Below, in pieces: positions 35,651 to 44,103 of a stretch of DNA of 64,000 bases. The notes beneath the pieces were generated by a model. It had not been told where the DNA came from and searched no databases. It worked only from the letters and a program-made list of their open reading frames with translations. The stretch is taken from contig CAXXGO010000001.1 in assembly GCA_963666835.2 (NCBI GenBank), positions 1,856,001 to 1,920,000 on the forward strand, in the 5' to 3' direction. This DNA comes from Phycisphaerae bacterium (GTDB taxonomy: Bacteria; Planctomycetota; Phycisphaerae; UBA1845). The position numbers and the translations under genes were made by a program. Each line of letters starts with the position of its first letter. Position 1 is the first letter of the stretch.

Positions 35651-36385
35651 ATGAACGGTGATTGCGGTGGCACTGCGGATGAGGATAGGGACGGGTCGTC
35701 GGGGCTCTTCGAGTGGCGTGGGAAGGCGGCGTACTATCGGGGTCTGCCGGCCGAGCGGCGCGTCGTTCAGGTGGGCGACCGAATCTATGAGTTGTACGCG
35801 CTGGAGGACGCCGCCGACCTGTTGGACGAGCCTGATTTCGCCGCACACTTCTTGGAAGAGGACCGTGCCCCCTACGGTCTGGAGCTGTGGCCCGCGGCGA
35901 CCATGCTGGCCGAGTATCTCCAAAGCGGGGATCCGGGCGCCGGGCGGACTGCGATAGAGCTGGGCTGCGGAGTGGGGTTGGTCGCGATGGCCGCTACGGA
36001 CGCCGGCTGGCGCGTGCTGGCCACCGACCACGAGCCCACTTCCCTCCGTTTCGCTCGCTACAACGCCGAGGTGAATGCCGCGGGGGTCGAAGCGTGGGAA
36101 CTGCTGGATTGGAACGCTCCCCCGGAAGGTCGCCGATTCGATCTGGTCCTTGCCGCGGACGTGCTCTATCAGACAATCGATCACGCGCCGCTCTTGAGGT
36201 GTTTTGAGCGGCTTTTGGCCCCTGGGGGCACAGTGTTGGTAGCCGATCCGCGTCGCCGGCTTGCGGACGGGTTCGCGGCGAAGGCCGAGGCCGCCGGATT
36301 CACGGTTGAGATTCTCCCAACCGAAGCGCCCGGTTCTCAAGGACGCACGGTCCGGGGTCGGATCTTCCGCATGAAACGCATCTGA
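35651..36385 (+). CDS. Class I SAM-dependent methyltransferase (Methyltransf_16-like)
   Basis: PYGLELWPAA, ELGCGVG, ATD, LDW, DLVLAADVLY. Confidence 0.88.
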   Translation: MNGDCGGTADEDRDGSSGLFEWRGKAAYYRGLPAERRVVQVGDRIYELYALEDAADLLDEPDFAAHFLEEDRAPYGLELWPAATMLAEYLQSGDPGAGRTAIELGCGVGLVAMAATDAGWRVLATDHEPTSLRFARYNAEVNAAGVEAWELLDWNAPPEGRRFDLVLAADVLYQTIDHAPLLRCFERLLAPGGTVLVADPRRRLADGFAAKAEAAGFTVEILPTEAPGSQGRTVRGRIFRMKRI

Positions 36386-36532
36386 GCCTATCCATTCAGG
36401 GTGTGCTTGCAGGCGCGGGCTTGGCGGGCTTCGTCAAGGCGGGTCATTCAAGTACCGATAATACAGTGATTGGGCGCCTTGCCGCATCGAGAGCGGGCGC
36501 TGGTCCTTATGTCTCTGAGGAGCACCCCAATA

Positions 36533-37141
36533 GTGAGCACCATCCACGAACCGACCGCGGCCGTGTTTGTACATCCCAGCGCGCTTTGTGAAGCCCAGGG
36601 AGTCGGCGAGGGAACCCGAGTCTGGGCGTTTGCCCATGTGATGGACGGAGCCCGGGTGGGGCGTGACTGCAACATCTGCGACGGGGCGTTTATTGAAAGC
36701 GGAGCTGGCATCGGCGACCGCGTAACGGTCAAGAACGGGGCGATGGTCTGGGACGGGGTCACCGTTGAGGACGACGTTTTCCTGGGTCCGGGCATGCTGT
36801 TCACGAATGACCGCTACCCGCGAAGTGGACGAATGCTAGAGGCTAGCAAGAGATATCGTGACGCCGCCAATTGGTTGACGCCCACTACGGTTCGCCGCGG
36901 GGCTTCCATCGGCGCAGGGGCGGTCATCGTCTGCGGAGTTACCATCGGGCGGTTCGCGGTCGTCGGGGCGGGCGCCTTGGTGACTCGCGATGTGCCGGAC
37001 TACCGACTGGTAGTGGGTCGCCCGGCCACGCCAGCGGGATGGATGTGCGCGTGTGGACTGCCTCTGGATGATAATCTGACATGCGCAGAGTGCCGGCGGG
37101 GCTACCGACTCGAATCCGATACTCTGATCCCGGCCGATTAG
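36533..37141 (+). CDS. Hexapeptide-repeat sugar N-acetyltransferase (WbpD/WlbB-like)
   Basis: VHPSA, GTRVWAFAHV, FTNDRYPRS, GASIGAGA, VGRPA; C-terminal CxC..CxxC. GAGGAG RBS before the GTG. Confidence 0.9.
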   Translation: MSTIHEPTAAVFVHPSALCEAQGVGEGTRVWAFAHVMDGARVGRDCNICDGAFIESGAGIGDRVTVKNGAMVWDGVTVEDDVFLGPGMLFTNDRYPRSGRMLEASKRYRDAANWLTPTTVRRGASIGAGAVIVCGVTIGRFAVVGAGALVTRDVPDYRLVVGRPATPAGWMCACGLPLDDNLTCAECRRGYRLESDTLIPAD

Positions 37142-37385
37142 GCTGGGCCAATCCGACCTGGTGTTGCGGCTGGCGATGGGCGATCGGCATCGGTGGTTGG
37201 CGGACCGCTCGCGGTGCATTTCACATGTGATTTGTTGCGGCTCGTTCCGATGGGTGGGGCTTAGAGCACTATCCGGAGGATTTCGTCTTACACGGCAGAC
37301 TCAGTCGGTCTATACTGGGCGGTGTCCGGACGGCAGGACGGGATACTGTCAGAGGGGAGGACCTGCCGTCGGTTAAGGAGAACCG

Positions 37386-38387
37386 ATGCGACGAATCGCC
37401 GTAATCAACCAGAAGGGCGGCGTGGGGAAGACGACCACGACGGCGAATCTCGGGGGGGCTCTGGCTCAGGCCGGTAAGCGCGTGCTGCTGGCGGACCTTG
37501 ATCCCCAGGCCCACCTTACGCTGCACTTCGGAGTGGAGCTGACGGACGGGCAGCATAGCGCGTACGATCTTCTGACGGGATCGGCGCCCGTTGCGGACGT
37601 CAGTCTTGCGGCGCGCGAGAACATCACGCTCATTCCCGCCGACATCGATCTCGCGGCCGCCGAGGTGGAGCTGATCAGTGTTACGGGGCGTGAGGTCATT
37701 CTTCGCGAGGCCCTTCAGAAGGTCGAGGACGATTTCGATGTTCTGCTAATCGACTGTCCGCCATCGCTGGGGGTCCTGACGGTCAATGCGTTGGTGGCCG
37801 CACGGGAGGTCGTCATTCCCCTGCAGGCCCAGTTCTTTGCGTTGCAGGGGTTGGGCAAGCTGTTGGATACGGTGACCCTGGTTCGACAGCGGATCAATCC
37901 GGACCTGGTAGTTGCTGGATTGGTTCTGTGCATGCACGAGTCGGCGACGCGGCTGGCGGGTGAAGTTGTCGAGGATGTCATTCGGTTCCTGCAAGGTACG
38001 CGGGGGACTGACTGTGCCTGGTCCACGGCGAGGTTGTTTGACGCCCGGATCCGTCGGAACATCAAGTTGGCCGAGGCATCCAGTTTCGGCAAGACGATCT
38101 TCGAGTACGCGCCGCGAAGCAACGGCTTCGCGGATTACTCGGCGCTGGCGACCGAGATGTTTGGCATTGCGTCCGTGGTTGATCTCGCACCCGCCGGGGT
38201 AGATGGGAAAGCGGCCTCGATGGCACTCGGTCCGACAGCCGCCCGCCCAATGCGGCAAAAGAGCACGGCTGCGGAACCGGCGACGATGCCCCGGCCCGCA
38301 CCCAACGGCGCTGAAGAACCCTCCGGTAGCTTCGCAACCTGCAATCGTTCTCGGTGGATAAGCAACCATGACGCCTGGCGTTGGTAA
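37386..38387 (+). CDS. ParA/Soj-family ATPase
   Basis: NQKGGVGKTTT, DLDPQAH, IDCPPSLG, LAEASSFG. Confidence 0.93.
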   Translation: MRRIAVINQKGGVGKTTTTANLGGALAQAGKRVLLADLDPQAHLTLHFGVELTDGQHSAYDLLTGSAPVADVSLAARENITLIPADIDLAAAEVELISVTGREVILREALQKVEDDFDVLLIDCPPSLGVLTVNALVAAREVVIPLQAQFFALQGLGKLLDTVTLVRQRINPDLVVAGLVLCMHESATRLAGEVVEDVIRFLQGTRGTDCAWSTARLFDARIRRNIKLAEASSFGKTIFEYAPRSNGFADYSALATEMFGIASVVDLAPAGVDGKAASMALGPTAARPMRQKSTAAEPATMPRPAPNGAEEPSGSFATCNRSRWISNHDAWRW

Positions 38388-38781
38388 TCGCCCGGGGCGG
38401 TCTGTAAGGCTGGGGGTCTGGATCGTTTACTGGGTTGTCCTCTTTGTGGTGAATCACCGCCCGCTCCCCGGTTCGATCGGACTGCCCGGTGTATGGGCGG
38501 ACAAGGCCGTACACTTCGGGCTATACCTCGTCTTGACCCTGCTTGCCGGATGGTATTTGAGTTCGGCGGGGCGCCGGCCTTCCGTTCGATCGCTGCTGAT
38601 GTGGGCGGCGGTCTTTCTTGTGTATGCCGGGTTTGACGAGTGGCTGCAGCAATACGTGGGGCGGACGATGAGTTTAGCGGACTTTATCGCAGACGCTGCA
38701 GGGATCGCCGCAGGGACGTTGGTGGTGGCGAATCGCCGGCGCAAACCTCAGCCGGCGATGCCCGCTGCAGGATCACCGTAG
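38368..38781 (+). CDS. VanZ-family membrane protein
   Basis: DKAVHFGLY, DEWLQQYVGRTMSLADFIAD. Confidence 0.88.
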   Translation: MTPGVGNRPGRSVRLGVWIVYWVVLFVVNHRPLPGSIGLPGVWADKAVHFGLYLVLTLLAGWYLSSAGRRPSVRSLLMWAAVFLVYAGFDEWLQQYVGRTMSLADFIADAAGIAAGTLVVANRRRKPQPAMPAAGSP

Positions 38782-38790
38782 CCCGGCCCA

Positions 38791-38809
38791 TGTAACATTA
38801 CGTTAACAT
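38791..38809 (+). promoter_or_regulatory. Candidate OmpR/PhoB-type direct-repeat binding box
   Basis: TGTAACAT-TAC-GTTAACAT: TAACAT repeated at an 11-bp period, about 90 bp upstream of the response regulator. Confidence 0.4.
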
Positions 38810-38896
38810 GTGGCGGGGCGCAGGGCGTGAGCGGGTAGAATTCCCCGGGCTTAATGTTGTTGGGTGACGTCGGCGTCCGAGAAGGGTTGACGAGTA

Positions 38897-39634
38897 ATGG
38901 CCAAGAGAAGAACCGTCGTGGTTGTCGAGGATGAGAGTGCAATTCGGCGTGGTATCGTTGATATGCTCAAGGTGGCCGGGTTTGATCCGGTCGAAGCGGC
39001 CGACGGAGAGACCGGCCTGAAGGAAGCACAACGAACGGGCGTGGAACTGGTCCTGCTTGATTTGCTCCTCCCGAAGATGGATGGGTTCAGTGTATTGGAG
39101 AAACTGCGCGTAACACGCCCTTCTCTGCCGGTCATTATTCTAACGGCGCGGGGATCCGAGGATGATCGGGTCCGGGGTTTGCGCGGCGGCGCGGATGACT
39201 ATGTGATGAAGCCGTTTTCCGCGCGCGAGCTGTTGGCCCGGATAGATGCGGTGCTCCGCCGGAGCCCTGAACGACCCGCTCCGGTTACGCTGATTCGTGG
39301 GGCGGGAGTGTTGGTGGATTGCGGACGCCGGGAGATCTCGCACGCCGATGGGACCCGCGTGGCTTTGTCCGAGATGGAGGCCGGGATCATGCAACGCCTC
39401 GCCGCTCTGGGCGGGCGGGCGGTGTCGCGGGAGGAGTTGCTCTCCAGTGTCTGGGGGATTCGCGACGGCGTGGTCGAGACCCGGGCGATTGACATGCACA
39501 TTACGAGGCTCAGGCAGAAGCTGGCCGGGGAGTCCACCGAGACTGGGTTGGAGTGGATTGTCACCGTGCGGGGGAAGGGCTATATGCTCGGTTCGGATCT
39601 TGAGGTTACGACGGTGGGCCAGGACGAGGGGTAG
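38897..39634 (+). CDS. OmpR/PhoB-family response regulator
   Basis: VVED, LLDLLLP, ILTA, GADDYVMKPF; winged helix HITRLRQKL..IVTVRGKGY. Confidence 0.96.
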   Translation: MAKRRTVVVVEDESAIRRGIVDMLKVAGFDPVEAADGETGLKEAQRTGVELVLLDLLLPKMDGFSVLEKLRVTRPSLPVIILTARGSEDDRVRGLRGGADDYVMKPFSARELLARIDAVLRRSPERPAPVTLIRGAGVLVDCGRREISHADGTRVALSEMEAGIMQRLAALGGRAVSREELLSSVWGIRDGVVETRAIDMHITRLRQKLAGESTETGLEWIVTVRGKGYMLGSDLEVTTVGQDEG

Positions 39635-39639
39635 CTGCC

Positions 39640-41523
39640 ATGACCGGCTCGCAGAAGAACAAGCTGGCGTCGCTGGTCGGCTTTGTGCTCATCGCCGTGC
39701 TGGTTGTGGGGGGGATGGCCTGGGCGACGGTGGCGACGTTCGATCTCGAGAAGGAGAACGTCCGCCGAGAACATCTCAAGAACGTCTTGCTTGCCGTTTC
39801 GGAGATCGACAGTCACATTCGTGGGGTGCTTAAGTCGGAGACGTCTCGACCGTTCACGGACTACCTGAAGTTGCACACTGCCGAGCCGGTTGCGGGTTGG
39901 AGCGAGGGTGGAGCCACGGAGGACGTGGATCTGGTGGTCTTACGCTCTCCCATAAGGGAGTCCGGACCGGCGTACGAATGGGTGGATTTGTATTTCCAGG
40001 CCGTCGAGGACGGCACCTGGTCGACCCCGCAGGTTGCGGCGGACGGACGGGACCCCGAGATGCTCGAGTGGCTCCAGGCGGTGCTTCCTATCCGAGAATT
40101 GGAGAAGCGGGTAAGGCAGGCCACGAAAAGAGACGAGGCCGTAGCGGATAGTGTCGACGGTTTGTCATCGGTACGGCGGAATGCTCAGGCAGCGCGCGGT
40201 GGGCACTCTCATAGGCGCCCTCATGAGCATTTTCCGCCTCCGGCTTGGCGAGATTACCAACGGCGCCGGGAGAGTAGGATCGCGGCGCAACGTGAGTCCC
40301 TTCCCGGTGACCAATGTGTGCCGGTGCGTCTGGTGGAGGAGTTTTTGGCAGGGTCACCGTCAGACCCTTTGGCGCCGGATCGCCACCTTTACGTTTGCAC
40401 TCCGCCGGTTGCGGTGGGGCTTTCGCTCGATCCGATGGCCACGTTCTGGATCGAACCTTCGGATGAGATCGGGCGCAAACTGGCATTCGTGCGAACGGGA
40501 TACGAGGACGACAAGCTCGTTCGGCAGGGGTTCATCGCAGATTGGGAGAAGCTCAAAAACGAACTGCTCAGCATGATCAAGCCATGGTTCCCCGAGGCGG
40601 ACCTGGAGCCTCTGCCGGATGAGTTGGCGGTGGACCTGGCGACAAGCGAGACGGCCATCGCGTCGATAAACGTCCGGTTGCAGGTTCCCGAGTCCCCCGG
40701 TGAGACGTCGGCGGCGGCTTGGCGGAATATCCGCGGAGTCATGTACACGACGTGGGGGGTTGCCGTGGCGGTGTTAGTGCTGGCAGCGTGGGGCGTACGC
40801 AACTTGGTGGCACTTACGGAACGACGAATGCAATTCGCCTATGCGGTTACGCATGAACTGCGTACGCCGTTGACCACTTTCCGGCTCTATGCGGATATGC
40901 TCTCGGCAGGGTTGGTGCCGGAGGATGCCAAGGAAGAGTATCTCGACACGCTCAACCGGGAGTCCATGCGGCTGTCGAGTTTGGTGGAGGGTGTCCTCGA
41001 ATATGCCCGGATCGAGAACCAGAAGGTCAGGTTGAAGCCCGTAGAGACCGATGCGGATGCCCTGATGGCGTCCGTGGCTGATACCCTCAACAAACGTTGC
41101 GACAGCAGCGGGGTGGAGCCGCGGAGCGAGAGCAAGGTGGACGGGAGCAGGCAGCTCCGCATCGATGTGGACGCGGTCAATCAGATCCTCGGCGTACTTA
41201 TTGCCAACGCCTGCCGGCATGCGCGCGATTCCGACAGTCCCGCCGTTCTGGTTCGCCTGACCGGGGATGAGGGAAGACTGTATCTGGACGTTATTGATAG
41301 CGGTCCGGGGATCGACCGCGCCGATGCCCGGACCATATTCAAACCCTTCCGGCGGGGGCGGAGGGCTGCAGTTGCAGCCCACGGAGGAATCGGTCTTGGG
41401 CTGGCCCTCGCTCGTGACTGGGCCCAACTGGTGGGGGGGCGGTTGGATCTTATCGCGCGACATCACTCGCAATACGGCGGCGCCCATTTCCGCCTGACCA
41501 TCCCGGCCCGGATCCCCGAGTAA
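39640..41523 (+). CDS. Membrane sensor histidine kinase
   Basis: Two TM helices, H-box THELRTPL, N-box LIANA, DSGPGI, F-box IFKPF, GIGLGL. Confidence 0.95.
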   Translation: MTGSQKNKLASLVGFVLIAVLVVGGMAWATVATFDLEKENVRREHLKNVLLAVSEIDSHIRGVLKSETSRPFTDYLKLHTAEPVAGWSEGGATEDVDLVVLRSPIRESGPAYEWVDLYFQAVEDGTWSTPQVAADGRDPEMLEWLQAVLPIRELEKRVRQATKRDEAVADSVDGLSSVRRNAQAARGGHSHRRPHEHFPPPAWRDYQRRRESRIAAQRESLPGDQCVPVRLVEEFLAGSPSDPLAPDRHLYVCTPPVAVGLSLDPMATFWIEPSDEIGRKLAFVRTGYEDDKLVRQGFIADWEKLKNELLSMIKPWFPEADLEPLPDELAVDLATSETAIASINVRLQVPESPGETSAAAWRNIRGVMYTTWGVAVAVLVLAAWGVRNLVALTERRMQFAYAVTHELRTPLTTFRLYADMLSAGLVPEDAKEEYLDTLNRESMRLSSLVEGVLEYARIENQKVRLKPVETDADALMASVADTLNKRCDSSGVEPRSESKVDGSRQLRIDVDAVNQILGVLIANACRHARDSDSPAVLVRLTGDEGRLYLDVIDSGPGIDRADARTIFKPFRRGRRAAVAAHGGIGLGLALARDWAQLVGGRLDLIARHHSQYGGAHFRLTIPARIPE

Positions 41524-41567
41524 TCCGTGCCCGCCGATTCGCGGGCCAAAAAAAGTGCCCCATCCTC

Positions 41568-41612
41568 TTGACGGCATACTATGGGCATAGTAGGATTGCT
41601 ACCTGTCTAGTA
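41568..41612 (+). promoter_or_regulatory. Sigma70-type promoter overlapped by two BlaI-type operators
   Basis: TTGACG (41568-41573), 17-bp spacer, TAGGAT (41591-41596). Palindrome TACTATGGGCATAGTA (41577-41592) and near-copy TGCTACCTGTCTAGTA (41597-41612). Confidence 0.75.
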
Positions 41613-41624
41613 GGGAGGTCGGCG

Positions 41625-42023
41625 ATGGCTGAGCGAATGCCTCATGTAACGGCCGCAGAGCTGCGGATCATGAAGGTGCTGTGGCAGTTCGGGTCGGGGA
41701 CTGTCCGGCAGGTACTCGAGGTTCTGTCGGCTGAGAAGGGTGATCCCCCGGCGTACACGACGGTGATGACCATGATGAAGCAGCTTGCGGAAAAGGGGGC
41801 TCTCAAGGTTGATCGGGCGCGCCAGCCATACTTGTACACGCCGTTGATCCGCCGCGAGAACGTGCTCGGTGAGCGGGTGGCCCAGTTTGTTCAGACGGTC
41901 TTTGATGGGCAGGCGGCGGACCTCGTGTTGCACCTGGCGGAGGAGGCCCCGCTTTCTATGGAGGACCTCCGGCGGATCGAGGCCAAGATCAGGCAACGCG
42001 AACAGGCGGAGGGCGAAGCGTAG
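41625..42023 (+). CDS. BlaI/MecI/CopY-family transcriptional repressor
   Basis: TAAELRIMKVLW, AYTTVMTMMKQLAEKG, YLYTP, FDG. GGAGG RBS. Confidence 0.95.
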   Translation: MAERMPHVTAAELRIMKVLWQFGSGTVRQVLEVLSAEKGDPPAYTTVMTMMKQLAEKGALKVDRARQPYLYTPLIRRENVLGERVAQFVQTVFDGQAADLVLHLAEEAPLSMEDLRRIEAKIRQREQAEGEA

Positions 42024-42064
42024 CCCTCTGATCCTCGATGAACGGATTCTGAAGAGGAGACGTT

Positions 42065-43855
42065 ATGGACACTCCACTGGCTATGCCGGGTGATCCGGCA
42101 ACCGTGATCTTGGTCTGGATAGCGCACGGTTTGGTCCTGGGAACCGTTCTGGCCGGTTTCACCTGGTTGTCACTTCGAATCCTTCGGAATCGAGTTCGGC
42201 CTGCTCTGGAGATGGTGCTCTGGCTGGTGGTGCTGTTGAAGTTCCTGGTGCCGGCCGGGCCGATCTGCTCGACGGTACTCAGTGCTTTCGTCACGCAACC
42301 TGTACGCGACGCGGCGGCGGACTTCTGTCTTACTGAAGCGGCCCGCGAGGGAGTCGGGGAGACCGGGGCGATGAGCGGCTCGGTAATAGCGACGCCGCCG
42401 CGGCACCGCGAGGCTCGTAAGAAAGGTCTCGCGTCAGCTTTGGGGTTTTACGGGCGACAGATTGTCGCGTTGTATTCCGTAGCGTTTACCGCTTTGGTGC
42501 TCCTTCGGCTCTGGACGCACCACCGGTTTGCCGCCCGCTGCCGACTGCTCCCGCAGGCCGATGAGCGGACCGGCAAGCTGGTTTCAGATGTGTGCCGGCG
42601 GCTTGGAATGCGCCGGATTCCCTCTATTCGGATCGGTGAAGATCTCCCGGCGCCCTTCGTGATGGGGATCCTTCACCCGATGCTCGTTCTGACGCGTCGT
42701 CAACTCGTTCGGCCGGACGAATTGGAGACGGTGGTCGCGCACGAACTTGCTCATTTCCGGCGGGGCGACTTTTTTGTGCGTTATTTTCAATGGTTTGCCG
42801 GATCCGTGTTGTTCTTCTGGCCGGTCATTGCTTGGGTCAATCGGCGTCTTGACGCGGCCCGCGAGTGTGCTTGCGACGAATGGGCCCTTCGTTGCGGCAA
42901 ACTCACGGCGCCTCAGTATGCCAGGTGCCTGTTGCAGGCGGCGAGTCCGCGGCGTTTGCGCGGCATAGCCTACTGCCCGCAGAGCATGGCCGGCAACTTG
43001 ACTGTGATCGAAAGGAGAATCGATATGATTCTGGAGAAGCAGGGATGCCAATCTCCACGATACCGTTGGGGCCTTCTGACTCTGGCGGTACTTGCGGCTT
43101 GGAGTGGTCTCGCCCTTACCGGGGCCGCAGATGTTGAATCCGCCGCTTATTCACCTGGTGGTGTTCGACCGGCGACGGTTGAGGCGGTGACTGATCATGC
43201 CGTCGAGTTGTACGAGCTGGTCTCCGAGCGGGGGCCGGCGGATTTCGATGGTGACGGAACTGTGACATACCTGGAGAAGGACGTCTATCTGGTGGCGGTG
43301 GCCATGGGGTTGCAGGAGGCGTTCATGGACCAGTACCCGTTTGCGGATCGTAACCACAGTGGGATTCTGGATTTCCTCGAGGCGTACGGGGTGATCCGGG
43401 GGATCACGCGAATAGCGTATCTCGATCGGGTGATCGGAGCAGAAATGGAATCTGTGGCGGAGCCGGAGACTGACGCCGGACGAGAGGCGCTCCGGGCTAT
43501 CGAAGCCAAGTACGCTCCCGATGCCCTGGCACTTCTGCATGAGTCGCTTGAGGCCCAGCGTTGGTTGCTGGATAACCTGGAATCCGAGCCGAGCCGAGCG
43601 GACCTCGACAACATCTGGTCGGTGCTTCGCCGAGTCTCCGGCTCACCGGAGTCTTATAGTCAGCGGATGTTGAATCACGGCGCTCCGCCGAGCGAACGGA
43701 AATGTGGAGAAGGAGGCCGGTTCCAGGAGATTGAGGGTAGCATCGCCCAGATTGAGGCTCAGCTTGCCGTTGAGGGAGACCCGGCGCACGTGGCGAAGCT
43801 CAAAACGAAGCTAACCAAGCTGGAGACGATTCTGGCAGATCTGCGGAGCCGTTGA
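42065..43855 (+). CDS. BlaR1-like M56 metallopeptidase with a C-terminal EF-hand-like domain
   Basis: PFVMG, AHELAHFRRGD, FFWP, ARECACDE, YARCL, ERRIDMI; loops DFDGDGTVTYLE and DRNHSGILDFLE. Confidence 0.93.
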   Translation: MDTPLAMPGDPATVILVWIAHGLVLGTVLAGFTWLSLRILRNRVRPALEMVLWLVVLLKFLVPAGPICSTVLSAFVTQPVRDAAADFCLTEAAREGVGETGAMSGSVIATPPRHREARKKGLASALGFYGRQIVALYSVAFTALVLLRLWTHHRFAARCRLLPQADERTGKLVSDVCRRLGMRRIPSIRIGEDLPAPFVMGILHPMLVLTRRQLVRPDELETVVAHELAHFRRGDFFVRYFQWFAGSVLFFWPVIAWVNRRLDAARECACDEWALRCGKLTAPQYARCLLQAASPRRLRGIAYCPQSMAGNLTVIERRIDMILEKQGCQSPRYRWGLLTLAVLAAWSGLALTGAADVESAAYSPGGVRPATVEAVTDHAVELYELVSERGPADFDGDGTVTYLEKDVYLVAVAMGLQEAFMDQYPFADRNHSGILDFLEAYGVIRGITRIAYLDRVIGAEMESVAEPETDAGREALRAIEAKYAPDALALLHESLEAQRWLLDNLESEPSRADLDNIWSVLRRVSGSPESYSQRMLNHGAPPSERKCGEGGRFQEIEGSIAQIEAQLAVEGDPAHVAKLKTKLTKLETILADLRSR

Positions 43856-43933
43856 GCCAGGCAGTTCTTTACCAGTTCGGAGCTGGGGTGCCCAGGCCGG
43901 CATTGCTCCGGTTAGGTACGGACAGACCCTAAC

Positions 43934-43971
43934 CGCCCCGCGCAGCTACCGCCGCTGTGCGGGGCGTGTTT
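43934..43971 (+). terminator. Intrinsic terminator after the M56 gene
   Basis: CGCCCCGCGCAGC-N7-GCTGTGCGGGGCG followed by TGTTT. Confidence 0.65.
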
Positions 43972-44103
43972 CAGGCAGATCCGCTACGCGGCAGGTCGCG
44001 GACGATCTTTTGTGATTTGACGATGCCCCCGGGTCAGCCCTAGTATTGTCGCTGTGAACACGACCCCGCATGTGGTGTGCGGGTTGAAGAAAGAGGGTTT
44101 GCG

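Noticed and set aside
41625..43855. Beta-lactam resistance locus (and vanZ at 38368 as glycopeptide resistance)
   Set aside because: No beta-lactamase, PBP or penicillin-binding sensor domain and no van cluster; both families are widespread outside resistance.
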